IMG/VR virus record: IMGVR_UViG_3300025073_000880
Direction: 5' to 3' (one strand)
Origin: a virus
Taxonomy: Duplodnaviria > Heunggongvirae > Uroviricota > Caudoviricetes
DNA length: 28,975 bases
The position numbers and the translations under genes were made by a program. Of this stretch, positions 1 through 7,561 are shown piece after piece (position 1 is the stretch's first letter; every line of letters begins with the position of its first letter). The notes below the pieces were generated by a model, which had not been told where the DNA came from, ran no database searches, and worked only from the letters and a program-made list of their open reading frames with translations.

Positions 1-12
1 TAATTTTTTCAA

Positions 13-40
13 CCCCCCCCCCCCGCCGAAATTTTTCGGC
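13..40. repeat. C12 homopolymer followed by a small perfect hairpin
   Basis: 12 consecutive C at 13-24; GCCGAA(25-30)/TTCGGC(35-40) inverted repeat. Confidence 0.85.
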
Positions 41-95
41 TCCACCCATCCAGATTTTTTGGCGTCAAACTTTTATCTTAAATTACACAAAAGTT

Positions 96-243
96 ATAAA
101 AAAATTCACAAGGATAAACCAGCCTACTCCCACCTACCGCTAAGTGGTACAGCCCTAGGGCCGTACAGCTGATTTATCCTTGTGAACTTTGTTATTGGCG
201 GTATTTGGAGCATAATTTTGCATTTTGTTATCCTAAATAAACT
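96..243 (-). ncRNA. Candidate structured small RNA or cis-regulatory leader (three-way junction)
   Basis: 28-bp inverted repeat 96-123/168-195 encloses two hairpins (147-166 and 130-147). Four + strand A-C mismatches become G.U pairs on the - strand. A consensus promoter lies just upstream on - and the 3' arm ends in a U7 run. Confidence 0.6.
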
Positions 244-249
244 ATCAAC

Positions 250-278
250 AGTATACCAAGATTGCACCATTTTGTCAA
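250..278 (-). promoter_or_regulatory. Sigma70-type promoter with extended -10, firing leftward, predicted TSS about 243
   Basis: - strand TTGACA (278-273), 17-nt spacer, TG-G-TATACT (-10 at 255-250). Confidence 0.75.
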
Positions 279-316
279 TGGTTATATTATGGCGTAATTT
301 AAGACTAAAAATGTTT

Positions 317-325
317 TGTGGATAA
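317..325 (-). promoter_or_regulatory. Perfect DnaA box (TTATCCACA)
   Basis: + strand TGTGGATAA at 317-325, intergenic, 2 nt beyond the stop of the 328-627 gene. Confidence 0.55.
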
Positions 326-327
326 CT

Positions 328-627
328 TTAAATCTCTTTTGATGAATTTTCCTGTTCTTGATAATTAAACGGGCTTTTATATGTCCCCACGACTTGAGTT
401 TTTAGTTTTCGCATATTATACACAAATAAGTCGGGCTCAACCGCTAGTTTTCTTTTAAAAAAGTCATGAACAACCTGCATTAAATCTTCAGTTTCCTCAA
501 ACAGGAAATAACCCACGGGACGCCTGTTTGATCCCTCATACTGATAATCAATCCTGTCAAGCTCGTAGCCTAATGTAATAAGCACTGAAGCAAGAGCAAT
601 GTCCCTCGTAGAATACATTTTTGTCAT
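328..627 (-). CDS. DUF5659-like small protein
   Basis: Pattern STRDIALASVLITLGY...FLFEE...VEPDLFVYNMRKLK resembles DUF5659 as I recall it; has its own upstream promoter and an A-rich T-ATG start. Confidence 0.6.
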   Translation of the reverse strand: MTKMYSTRDIALASVLITLGYELDRIDYQYEGSNRRPVGYFLFEETEDLMQVVHDFFKRKLAVEPDLFVYNMRKLKTQVVGTYKSPFNYQEQENSSKEI

Positions 628-661
628 ATTTTTTATTATTTTAATATTTCATCTGCTTATT

Positions 662-691
662 ATTATAACACAAGTCACTCCATCTTATCAA
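662..691 (-). promoter_or_regulatory. Divergent promoter for the DUF5659-like gene
   Basis: - strand TTGATA (691-686), 18-nt spacer ending TGT, then TATAAT (667-662). Confidence 0.55.
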
Positions 692-711
692 CCTATTATT
701 AAGTAAACAGC

Positions 712-740
712 TTGACAAGTCTATAAATATTTGATACAAT
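712..740 (+). promoter_or_regulatory. Sigma70-type promoter with extended -10 for the GT2/HTH genes
   Basis: TTGACA 712-717, 17-nt spacer, TG-A-TACAAT with -10 at 735-740, 25 nt before ATG 766. Confidence 0.8.
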
Positions 741-765
741 AAAAACAAATAATAAAAGATTTATT

Positions 766-1653
766 ATGTATAAACGAGAAAAGCCCCTAGTTTCAATTGT
801 TATCCCATCTTGGTTCACAAACGACCAACATGGTAAATACTGTCAAAATGAAACGTATTGGTTTGCCCAAGAATGCCTTAAAAGGCTAATAAATGTTACT
901 CCCAAAAACTTGTATGAACTTATAGTCATTGATAATGGAAGCACTATTACAGGAACAACACAGATTGACGATAAAACTATTCCTGTCGCAGAATACTGGT
1001 CAATGGCTGATGTCCTAATCAGAAACAATGAAAACCTTGGCTTTGGACCCGCATGTAACCAAGGGTTTTCCGTTTCAAGAGGAGAGTATGTTTGTTGCCT
1101 TAATAATGACATCTTAGTCTGGTCAAATTGGCTTGACGCCATCCTTGCAACATTTAAGCTTGAACTTCAACCGGCCCCAGGTATTGTTATGCCGGCTTTA
1201 ATGCGTGAAACAAAAGACGCTAGAGAAGCGTTAAACATTAAAACTATAAACCTTGATAAAAATAAAAATAGTTATGGCTCAAAGGCAGAGTTCGGATCGT
1301 TGTGGATTGCTCCAAAATGGTTATTGAATAAAGTGGCAGAAAGACGCGGTGGGTATTATGTTTTTGATGAAGAATTTTTATGTGGTATGGGGGAAGATAG
1401 ATTGCTTTATAGGGAAATAAGGGAGCTCGGATATGAAACATATAGAACTCATAACACACGAGTTTTCCATCAGGGGAATATGAGTATTGGGAAAATTAAA
1501 AATAGAAAAGATTTTACCGTTCCAAATAGAGAATATCTGAAGCGACTAACTAATCTTGAACGTCAAGGACAAATATTAACTATTGGCCAACGGTCTGAAC
1601 TTAGAAAACGTGTGGAAGAAGAGTTCAGCCACGGCAATGATTTTACTAATTAA
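766..1653 (+). CDS. Glycosyltransferase family 2 (GT-A fold)
   Basis: LVSIVIPSW, ELIVIDNGST, NENLGFGPACNQG, GEYVCCLNND (DXD-equivalent) and FDEEF..G.GED motifs. Confidence 0.9.
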   Translation: MYKREKPLVSIVIPSWFTNDQHGKYCQNETYWFAQECLKRLINVTPKNLYELIVIDNGSTITGTTQIDDKTIPVAEYWSMADVLIRNNENLGFGPACNQGFSVSRGEYVCCLNNDILVWSNWLDAILATFKLELQPAPGIVMPALMRETKDAREALNIKTINLDKNKNSYGSKAEFGSLWIAPKWLLNKVAERRGGYYVFDEEFLCGMGEDRLLYREIRELGYETYRTHNTRVFHQGNMSIGKIKNRKDFTVPNREYLKRLTNLERQGQILTIGQRSELRKRVEEEFSHGNDFTN

Positions 1654-1663
1654 TTATAAACGT

Positions 1664-1903
1664 ATGGAATCAGAAACTATTGTTTTAAGTGCACTTGCAA
1701 AGCTTTTTAATGTGAATAAATCAAAGCTTTCATATTATTATTCTCTTGGGTTAATTAAAGAGTCTAGCTTTAAAGGCAAAACAGCTGTGTTTGATAAAGA
1801 TTATGCTGTCAAAAGACTAAAAAGAATTGAAGAGCTTAAAGTCACCAACCCCGATATGACTATCCCAGATATCATAGATTTCTTTAAAAATAATACAAAA
1901 TAA
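1664..1903 (+). CDS. MerR-like helix-turn-helix DNA-binding protein (79 aa; start revised from 1583)
   Basis: LSALAKLFNVNKSKLSYYYSLGLIK...AVFDKDYAVKRLKRIEEL matches the MerR wHTH pattern; the in-frame ATG at 1664 lies just after the GT2 stop. Confidence 0.7.
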   Translation: MESETIVLSALAKLFNVNKSKLSYYYSLGLIKESSFKGKTAVFDKDYAVKRLKRIEELKVTNPDMTIPDIIDFFKNNTK

Positions 1904-1905
1904 TC

Positions 1906-1914
1906 TGTGGATAA
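1906..1914 (-). promoter_or_regulatory. Perfect DnaA box
   Basis: TGTGGATAA at 1906-1914, 2 nt after the HTH stop and 5 nt upstream of the next -35. Confidence 0.55.
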
Positions 1915-1919
1915 TAAAC

Positions 1920-1948
1920 TTGACAAGTTGATTATTTTAATATACAAT
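1920..1948 (+). promoter_or_regulatory. Sigma70-type promoter for the SSB-like/recombination operon
   Basis: TTGACA 1920-1925, 17-nt spacer, TACAAT 1943-1948. Confidence 0.8.
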
Positions 1949-1979
1949 ATAAGTGAAAAATAATTATTAAAAAAAATTT

Positions 1980-2690
1980 ATGGGTATTGATATCTTTAGT
2001 CAAGGAGAAAAAAAAGAATTGGATTACGACAAGGGAACAATAATGTCATTTAAGGAAATTGGTGACAAAATACAGGGTACACTTATAGACTCTAGAGAAT
2101 TTCAAGACAATTCACCGTTTGGAAACGGAGAAATGAGGCATGTTTATGATATTTTAGTCAGAGCTGGGACCGAGATTATTACTAAAGGGCAAAAGGTTGT
2201 TTCCCAAGATGACCAAAAATGGGTTGTGTTTGAAAATTATGACATGGGTAATGTAATGAACGATCTTAATCTTGGACAGATAATTGGTATTGTTTTTTCA
2301 GCCAAAAAGCCTGCTGGTAAAACTGGAATTAAATATATTGTTGATGTTTGGGCGAAAGATGGTTTAATAGATGAAGTATGGCTCAATGCTAATAAAAATG
2401 TAATATCAAATAACAAGGAAACAGTTCTGCCTGTAAATGATGCACAACCAACACCTGCCCCTATGCCAGCAACCTTATCAGCAGCAACTCCTACAGACAC
2501 ATCACTACCTGATTTTTTACAACCAACACCAGCAGAAAAACTGATAAAAATAACGGCTCTCGCTGAACAGAAGTTGGGTGTAAAACCACCAGCAGATGTA
2601 AATAAAGCCATCGCTGATAAAACAGGTTATCATGTTATGGAAGAAAATTATGACTCAATCATTTCTGCCCTAGAAAAACATCCATTTTAA
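1980..2690 (+). CDS. Putative ssDNA-binding (OB-fold-like) protein with P/A/T linker and small helical C-terminal domain
   Basis: Beta-rich N-terminus (FKEIGDKIQGTLI...HVYDILV...IIGIVF...YIVDVW), PTPAPMPAT linker, position directly upstream of SbcD. Fold is inferred. Confidence 0.4.
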   Translation: MGIDIFSQGEKKELDYDKGTIMSFKEIGDKIQGTLIDSREFQDNSPFGNGEMRHVYDILVRAGTEIITKGQKVVSQDDQKWVVFENYDMGNVMNDLNLGQIIGIVFSAKKPAGKTGIKYIVDVWAKDGLIDEVWLNANKNVISNNKETVLPVNDAQPTPAPMPATLSAATPTDTSLPDFLQPTPAEKLIKITALAEQKLGVKPPADVNKAIADKTGYHVMEENYDSIISALEKHPF

Positions 2691-2707
2691 ACGTAAACTA
2701 AATAACT

Positions 2708-2735
2708 GGGGTGGTTATTTAATAATCACCCCTTT
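2708..2735 (+). terminator. Probable weak intrinsic terminator or processing hairpin
   Basis: GGGGTGGTTAT/ATAATCACCCC 11-bp stem with one G.U on the + strand, 3-nt loop, followed by only TTT. Confidence 0.5.
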
Positions 2736-2770
2736 GAGGTGTGTTTAAAAATTAAAACGATAGATATTAT

Positions 2771-3811
2771 ATGCTTGGTGTCATCGGAGATTTACATTTC
2801 AAAGATAGTTTGGGCTATGCGGACTATATAAAAGATAGAAGAGAAAAAGAGAAAAAAGAAATCTTAGATTTTATCGTTGAAACACTAAGCGGTTGCGACA
2901 AAATTATTCTGATGGGTGATAATTTCAACACCAAAAATAATACCTCTAAAACCATTAAAGATTTTGTATCCTTTGTGGAACGCTTTAATGGCAAGGAGGT
3001 TTTTATATTGGCTGGGAATCATGAAAAATTTGGCGATGGTAAAAGTGCCATTGATTTTATGAAAGAATTAAAAAGTAAAGCTGACTGGCATATCATTACA
3101 ACTGAACCATTAACCGTATCATTACACGAGAAGCAACTACTTTTTGTTCCCTATTATTCTAAAAATGAATTGGGAGTAGGAACAAACGAAGAAGCTGCTA
3201 ATGTTATGATGGATATAATCAAATCTCAAGTCGCACCTCAAAAAACATCAAACATGCTATTTCTTCATCAAACAATATCAGGATTTGATGCAGGTGGGAC
3301 TCTCACGGATATGTTTAATGAAATAGTTTTACCTCAAAAAAAATTAGAAAAAATATTTGAGATTATTGTGTGCGGGCATATACATAATCCATCTGTTTCA
3401 GGTAAAACATTAATGACTGGAAGTGTATTTACAAATGAGGTTGGGGAACATGAAAAATTTATTTATATAATTGATGAGAAAACCTACAAAACTACACACA
3501 TAAAACTGCCATGCAGACCGATAATAAAGATTGAAAACCCATCCATAAATGATTTAAACGGTATTGACCCTCAAAGTATTGTAAAAGTGGTTTTAACAAA
3601 AAAAACAAAAGACATTGAAATTATCCGTTCGAAATTGGACTCATTTGCCGCTCATTTGCTTGTTGAACAATACCCAAATAAAAGAAAAAAAATTGATTTT
3701 GGAAACAATCTTCTTGACTTTAATATTGTTGACCTTTTAAAAACTTATGCTAAAGAAAGGACTGTTGATGAAAAAAAACTTCTTCTTGCATGGGATATGA
3801 TTAAAGATTGA
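2771..3811 (+). CDS. sbcD: SbcD/Mre11-family metallophosphoesterase nuclease (T4 gp47-like)
   Basis: GDLH, MGD, AGNHE, FLHQ and CGHIH motifs; cognate SbcC two genes downstream. Confidence 0.9.
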   Translation: MLGVIGDLHFKDSLGYADYIKDRREKEKKEILDFIVETLSGCDKIILMGDNFNTKNNTSKTIKDFVSFVERFNGKEVFILAGNHEKFGDGKSAIDFMKELKSKADWHIITTEPLTVSLHEKQLLFVPYYSKNELGVGTNEEAANVMMDIIKSQVAPQKTSNMLFLHQTISGFDAGGTLTDMFNEIVLPQKKLEKIFEIIVCGHIHNPSVSGKTLMTGSVFTNEVGEHEKFIYIIDEKTYKTTHIKLPCRPIIKIENPSINDLNGIDPQSIVKVVLTKKTKDIEIIRSKLDSFAAHLLVEQYPNKRKKIDFGNNLLDFNIVDLLKTYAKERTVDEKKLLLAWDMIKD

Positions 3812-3897
3812 AAGGATTTAAATTATAGCTTTTGGTCACTTTATAAATGTAAAATCTTTATAAAAAATATCGGTATCAAGGCTAATAAAAAAAATAT

Positions 3898-4434
3898 ATG
3901 AGTAACGTTATAGGCCTTGATTTATCTTTAACAGAGACTGGGGTTGCAATTATTAACAGCAATAAACTAGACCCAACACTCATTGAAATAAAATCAAAGC
4001 CAACAGCTATTAAAACTCCTATAAATGAGCTCAAAAGAATACTTGGAATAAAGAATTCAATCATGGATGTAGTTAAAGGTAGCGAAATAGACATAGCAGT
4101 AATTGAAGGCTTAGCCTTTATGGCAAAAAACACAACTTCATTAATACAATTATCAGGACTTAACTATATGATTAGAGAGGCCTTGTATAATTTAAGTATA
4201 AAATTCGTTATAGTAGCCCCAACACAATTAAAAAAATATATAACAGGCAAGGGTAATTCCCCAAAGGATACAATGATGCTTGAAACATATAAGCGTTACG
4301 GCCAATCGTTTACAAGCAATAATCTTTGTGATGCCTTTGGGCTTGCAACTATTGGTGTTAATTTGCTCCACCAAGATAAAAAAATAACCATTCCACAAAA
4401 AGAAACCATTAAATTATTAACCCCACAATTATGA
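3898..4434 (+). CDS. Phage RuvC-like Holliday junction resolvase
   Basis: VIGLDLSLTETGVA, AVIEG, VAPTQLKKYITGKGN and NNLCDAFGLA motifs. Confidence 0.85.
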   Translation: MSNVIGLDLSLTETGVAIINSNKLDPTLIEIKSKPTAIKTPINELKRILGIKNSIMDVVKGSEIDIAVIEGLAFMAKNTTSLIQLSGLNYMIREALYNLSIKFVIVAPTQLKKYITGKGNSPKDTMMLETYKRYGQSFTSNNLCDAFGLATIGVNLLHQDKKITIPQKETIKLLTPQL

Positions 4435-4781
4435 CAGAAGGAAAAAAAAATCTTAAAGGTTTTTCGCAAATAATGAAATCAAGAGATACCTCTCAATGCC
4501 CACACTGTAACAAAGAAATTTATATTTCGATATCTAGTATGGTTCCGATTATATCATCTATTATTACCCCTGACACAGCCAAAGAGGCTAAAGAGATTGT
4601 TAAAAAATTTATAGATGGTTCAGCGTTTAAGAACCCCGAAGAAAAACAACAACGGTTAAGTTGGCTTAACGATGAAACTACAATTATTGACCCAGAAGAT
4701 GTTAAAAGTTTTCTTGACGATGTGGCTAGGAATTGTATAACCACACCAAAACTTGATGATATTAAAGACAAAAAAGAATAA
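4431..4781 (+). CDS. Hypothetical protein with one CxxC (CPHC)
   Basis: ATGA overlap with the resolvase stop; stop 2 nt before the sbcC start. Confidence 0.7.
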   Translation: MTEGKKNLKGFSQIMKSRDTSQCPHCNKEIYISISSMVPIISSIITPDTAKEAKEIVKKFIDGSAFKNPEEKQQRLSWLNDETTIIDPEDVKSFLDDVARNCITTPKLDDIKDKKE

Positions 4782-4783
4782 AC

Positions 4784-6901
4784 ATGTTAAATATTAGCCA
4801 AATACATCTTAAAAATTTTATCAGTCATGCGGATACTAAATTAAATCTAACTATTCCGCAAAAGGTTTTAATTGACGGAAAGTCTGGACATGGTAAATCA
4901 TCAGTTATAGATGCTTTCATTTGGTGTTTATATGGAAGAAGTAGAGCTGACAACAGGTCTCTTATAAGGCGAGGGGCTGAGCGAGCAGAAGTGTCTGTTG
5001 CCTTGATTGATGGTCAAACAAATGATGAATATAAAATAACAAGATCAATAACCAATGGTGGTAAGCATGACTTGACCGTAACCCACAAAGAAAAAAAGTC
5101 TTTCCTGCCAATAAAGGTTAATGGTGTTAAAAACATCCAAATGTTTATAGAGCGAGATTTATTAAAATCTTCATATCTTTTGTTTATAAATTCTATCGCT
5201 TACCCCCAAGATAACCAAGAAAATTTCGTAAAACAAACTGCGACCAAACGCAAGGAGATAATAATGGAAATGATAAAGGCGGAAGATTATGACACTTATT
5301 ATAATAAAACAAAAGATAAGCTTAATGAACTTAAAATTGCTCTGGAAAAAAATCTTTCTCGGATTGAATCATCCCAAAACACGATTAATACCTATAAAGA
5401 TATAGCGTCTGGTCTGAATGTTTTGTTGGCTGAAAAAAACAACCTCGAGAAACAATTAACCACTCTAAAAGAAAAGCTTTCAGAATTACAGATTAAGGTT
5501 GATGAAAAAAAAGTTTTAGATGCTACTATCAACCAAAAAAAGAACGAGTTGCTAAAAACCATTAAGGAAATAGAAATAAAACAGCTAGATATTGATAGCC
5601 AAAAGATGAAACTGGGAAGCCTTAACGGCATGGATATATCAAAAATGGAGGCTGATTGTGCTGGGTTGCAAGAAGATAAAGATACTTTAAAAATACTCCA
5701 AGCAGAAAGTTTAATCCTGTCAGATTGGTTAAACAGAAAAATGGCTGTTATGTCAAAAAAACCAGCAGAGGTTGATTTTGAAGAAGATATAAAAACGATA
5801 AACAAAACAATTATCGATTTAACCTACCAAAAAGTAACTATTTGTCCCGAGATACAAAAACCATGCCCACTTTATGATAAAGAAAGACAGGGTAAACTTG
5901 AAGAAAATAAAGTGTTGTTGAAAATAACCTACGATAAAAAGAAAAAACAGGCTGAAGATGTCAATGAATATATAATAAAATTAGCTGAGCTCGGAGACGA
6001 ACCCGTGGTGGATACAGAGAAAATTAATGCCCTTTCAGCCGTTGTCTCTAAGAAAGAAAAAATTTTTGCTGACTTTAATCGTCTTAAAACCACCAGAGAT
6101 GTTGATATCAAAAACACCCAAGAAATAATAGCCAAAAGCCAGGATGATTTTAATATCTTAGTCGGCTTAAAGGAAACAATATCTGAAGAGATAACAGGGA
6201 TAGAGTTAAAAATAAAAGACTTAGAATCGTTTAAGGTTGAAGCGTCTAATGTTGAGCTGAATATTTCAACAGCGAACACAGATATGCTTGATGTTGTAAA
6301 CAAAATAGCTTCTGCTGAAAATGCTAAAAAACTTGTTGAGAAAGAACAAGAAAATATAAATATTGTCACCAAAGAAAATGAATTGGTTGGGGACAACACT
6401 GAATGTTTAACACTTTTGAAAGAAGCCTTCAGCCCTACCGGCATTAAGGCGATTATAATTGATTATATAATCCCAAGGATGGAAGAAAAGATTAATGACA
6501 TACTTGGAAAGCTTTCGGATTTTAGAGTTCGTTTAGATACTCAAAAAAAAGGGTTAGGTAAAGATACTGTTTTAGAGGGGCTATTTATCAGCATATTTAA
6601 TGAACTAGGTGAAGAGTTTGATTTTGATAACTATAGTGGATCTGAAAAGATGAGAATTACCTATGCCATATCAGAGAGTCTAGCTTCAATCCAAAACTGT
6701 GGGTTTAGAATCCTTGATGAGTTCATCCATGGTCTTGACACAGAAACAGAAGAAAAATTTGCAAATATTATTTTACGACTTAAAAACGAAGTTGACCAAC
6801 TGTTTTGCATTACCCACATTCAAAGCATTAAAGATTTATTTGAAGAAAAGATTTTTGTTAAAAAAATAAACGGATTATCTTCAATTACGTATGGTTATTG
6901 A
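4784..6901 (+). CDS. sbcC: SbcC/Rad50-family ABC ATPase (T4 gp46-like)
   Basis: Walker A GKSGHGKSS, Q-loop YPQ, long coiled coil with central cysteine pair, signature YSGSE, Walker B ILDE, D-loop GLD, H-loop ITH. Confidence 0.92.
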   Translation: MLNISQIHLKNFISHADTKLNLTIPQKVLIDGKSGHGKSSVIDAFIWCLYGRSRADNRSLIRRGAERAEVSVALIDGQTNDEYKITRSITNGGKHDLTVTHKEKKSFLPIKVNGVKNIQMFIERDLLKSSYLLFINSIAYPQDNQENFVKQTATKRKEIIMEMIKAEDYDTYYNKTKDKLNELKIALEKNLSRIESSQNTINTYKDIASGLNVLLAEKNNLEKQLTTLKEKLSELQIKVDEKKVLDATINQKKNELLKTIKEIEIKQLDIDSQKMKLGSLNGMDISKMEADCAGLQEDKDTLKILQAESLILSDWLNRKMAVMSKKPAEVDFEEDIKTINKTIIDLTYQKVTICPEIQKPCPLYDKERQGKLEENKVLLKITYDKKKKQAEDVNEYIIKLAELGDEPVVDTEKINALSAVVSKKEKIFADFNRLKTTRDVDIKNTQEIIAKSQDDFNILVGLKETISEEITGIELKIKDLESFKVEASNVELNISTANTDMLDVVNKIASAENAKKLVEKEQENINIVTKENELVGDNTECLTLLKEAFSPTGIKAIIIDYIIPRMEEKINDILGKLSDFRVRLDTQKKGLGKDTVLEGLFISIFNELGEEFDFDNYSGSEKMRITYAISESLASIQNCGFRILDEFIHGLDTETEEKFANIILRLKNEVDQLFCITHIQSIKDLFEEKIFVKKINGLSSITYGY

Positions 6902-7316
6902 AACACAAGTAGACACTAAAAATGAGTTACAAATGTATATTATGCTCGTTGATGTATTTGACCCTTTGAATCGACGCAGGGAGGAAAACATTGAAGTTGT
7001 TTTTAGTGATGATTTTAATATTGTAATAACAGGGCTAAAAGCAAAATATACCTTAAATGGTTCACCATTTGTGATTAGAAAACTTAGTAATGTACCAACA
7101 GAAACACTACTAACAGCTATCAGTAAATCAAAAAACACCCATCAAACTAAAACTGCAACCATAACCAATAAGAAAAATAATGAATCAAAAGAGCAATTCA
7201 TTTATAATCTCCAATATGTTGCCGATAAATACAAAAAAATTTTGACCGTAACTGACCTAAGGGCTGTCTACAATATAGTAAAAAAGATTACATCTAAAAT
7301 AAAAAAATCCACATGA
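6891..7316 (+). CDS. Hypothetical protein
   Basis: 141-aa ORF overlapping the sbcC end and ATGA-coupled to the next gene; no motif recognised. Confidence 0.65.
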   Translation: MVIETQVDTKNELQMYIMLVDVFDPLNRRREENIEVVFSDDFNIVITGLKAKYTLNGSPFVIRKLSNVPTETLLTAISKSKNTHQTKTATITNKKNNESKEQFIYNLQYVADKYKKILTVTDLRAVYNIVKKITSKIKKST

Positions 7317-7561
7317 ACATTTCTTTTATTAAAAAAAATGAACCATCATTAGTATTCAGACATAAAATAGATACTATTTTTGAAGGAACACCAATTGAAA
7401 TTGAACCTTTAACCTTAACAGTTGGAAAGTGTCTTATAAAAACATTTAGGCTTGCACCGTTTTTATATTCAACCTGTGTGTTTAATGGAATGAGTATATG
7501 CTGTGGGTTTAATACACCAAGTGAAGCAAAAGATTTCGCTTTAAATGTAAACAATCTATGA
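7313..7561 (+). CDS. Hypothetical protein
   Basis: 82-aa ORF with ATGA overlaps at both ends. Confidence 0.6.
   Translation: MNISFIKKNEPSLVFRHKIDTIFEGTPIEIEPLTLTVGKCLIKTFRLAPFLYSTCVFNGMSICCGFNTPSEAKDFALNVNNL

Noticed and set aside
96-195. Retron msr/msd, CRISPR repeat or self-cleaving ribozyme as the identity of the structured element
   Set aside because: Only 44 nt lie between the arms, there is no reverse transcriptase or cas gene in the window, no spaced repeat series, and no CUGAUGA/GAAA hammerhead core.
1583-1663. Longer start for the HTH gene given in the ORF track
   Set aside because: It overlaps the GT2 gene by 71 nt; ATG 1664 follows the GT2 stop, has T-ATG context and starts right at the HTH.
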